64,000 bases of DNA from Perna viridis (lineage: Eukaryota): contig CM074518.1 of the NCBI GenBank assembly GCA_037379345.1, forward strand, positions 38,157,586 to 38,221,585, in the 5' to 3' direction. The notes below the pieces were generated by a model. The model ran no database searches and was not told the DNA's origin. It worked only from the letters and a program-made list of their open reading frames with translations. The first letter of the stretch is position 1; every line of letters starts with the position of its first letter. Positions 63,973-64,000 of the stretch are shown here, piece after piece. The position numbers and the translations under genes were made by a program.

Positions 63973-64000
63973 TTGACCCAACCAACCTGTCGGTTTCAAT
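63973..64000 (+). CDS. Start of a probable further terminal exon (paralog of 62205), cut by the window end
   Basis: Acceptor ttttactttcag|TTGACCCA, same context as 62205; the phase-1 frame VDPTNLSVS is open to the window edge. Confidence 0.4.

Overview
AT-rich, intron-containing animal DNA; the repeat landscape suggests a mollusc, probably a bivalve (inference, not verified). The window holds two paralogous BTB/POZ genes arranged head-to-head. Gene A is on the minus strand (constant coding exons 23289-23161, 22765-21600, 20223-19943) and gene B on the plus strand (46530-46655, 47663-48879, 49391-49740); their intron phases are the same (0, 2, 1). The last constant exon of each ends at a phase-1 G|GTAGG donor with no DNA-binding domain. 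Each is followed by an array of stop-terminated exons that all start at a phase-1 acceptor and each encode a different putative DNA-binding module. Gene A has 3 BEN(-like) and 3 piggyBac-type cysteine-rich (CRD) exons. Gene B has one 2x C2H2 exon, one basic exon missing from the ORF track, 4 piggyBac-type CRD exons, one decayed CRD exon and one exon cut by the window end. This resembles the mod(mdg4)/lola 'constant BTB + alternative terminal exon' design, but with a ZBTB-type BTB and largely transposon-derived cassettes. Other features: a mirrored inverted-repeat promoter at ~24.3-24.9 kb, a candidate internal promoter inside array A (~9.7-10 kb), an AP-1 minisatellite, and ~21 kb of TE debris between the genes (RTE, CR1/L2-like, Penelope-like, MULE, MITEs, SINEs). 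All exon joins are predicted from splice signals and reading frame only; no transcript evidence is available.
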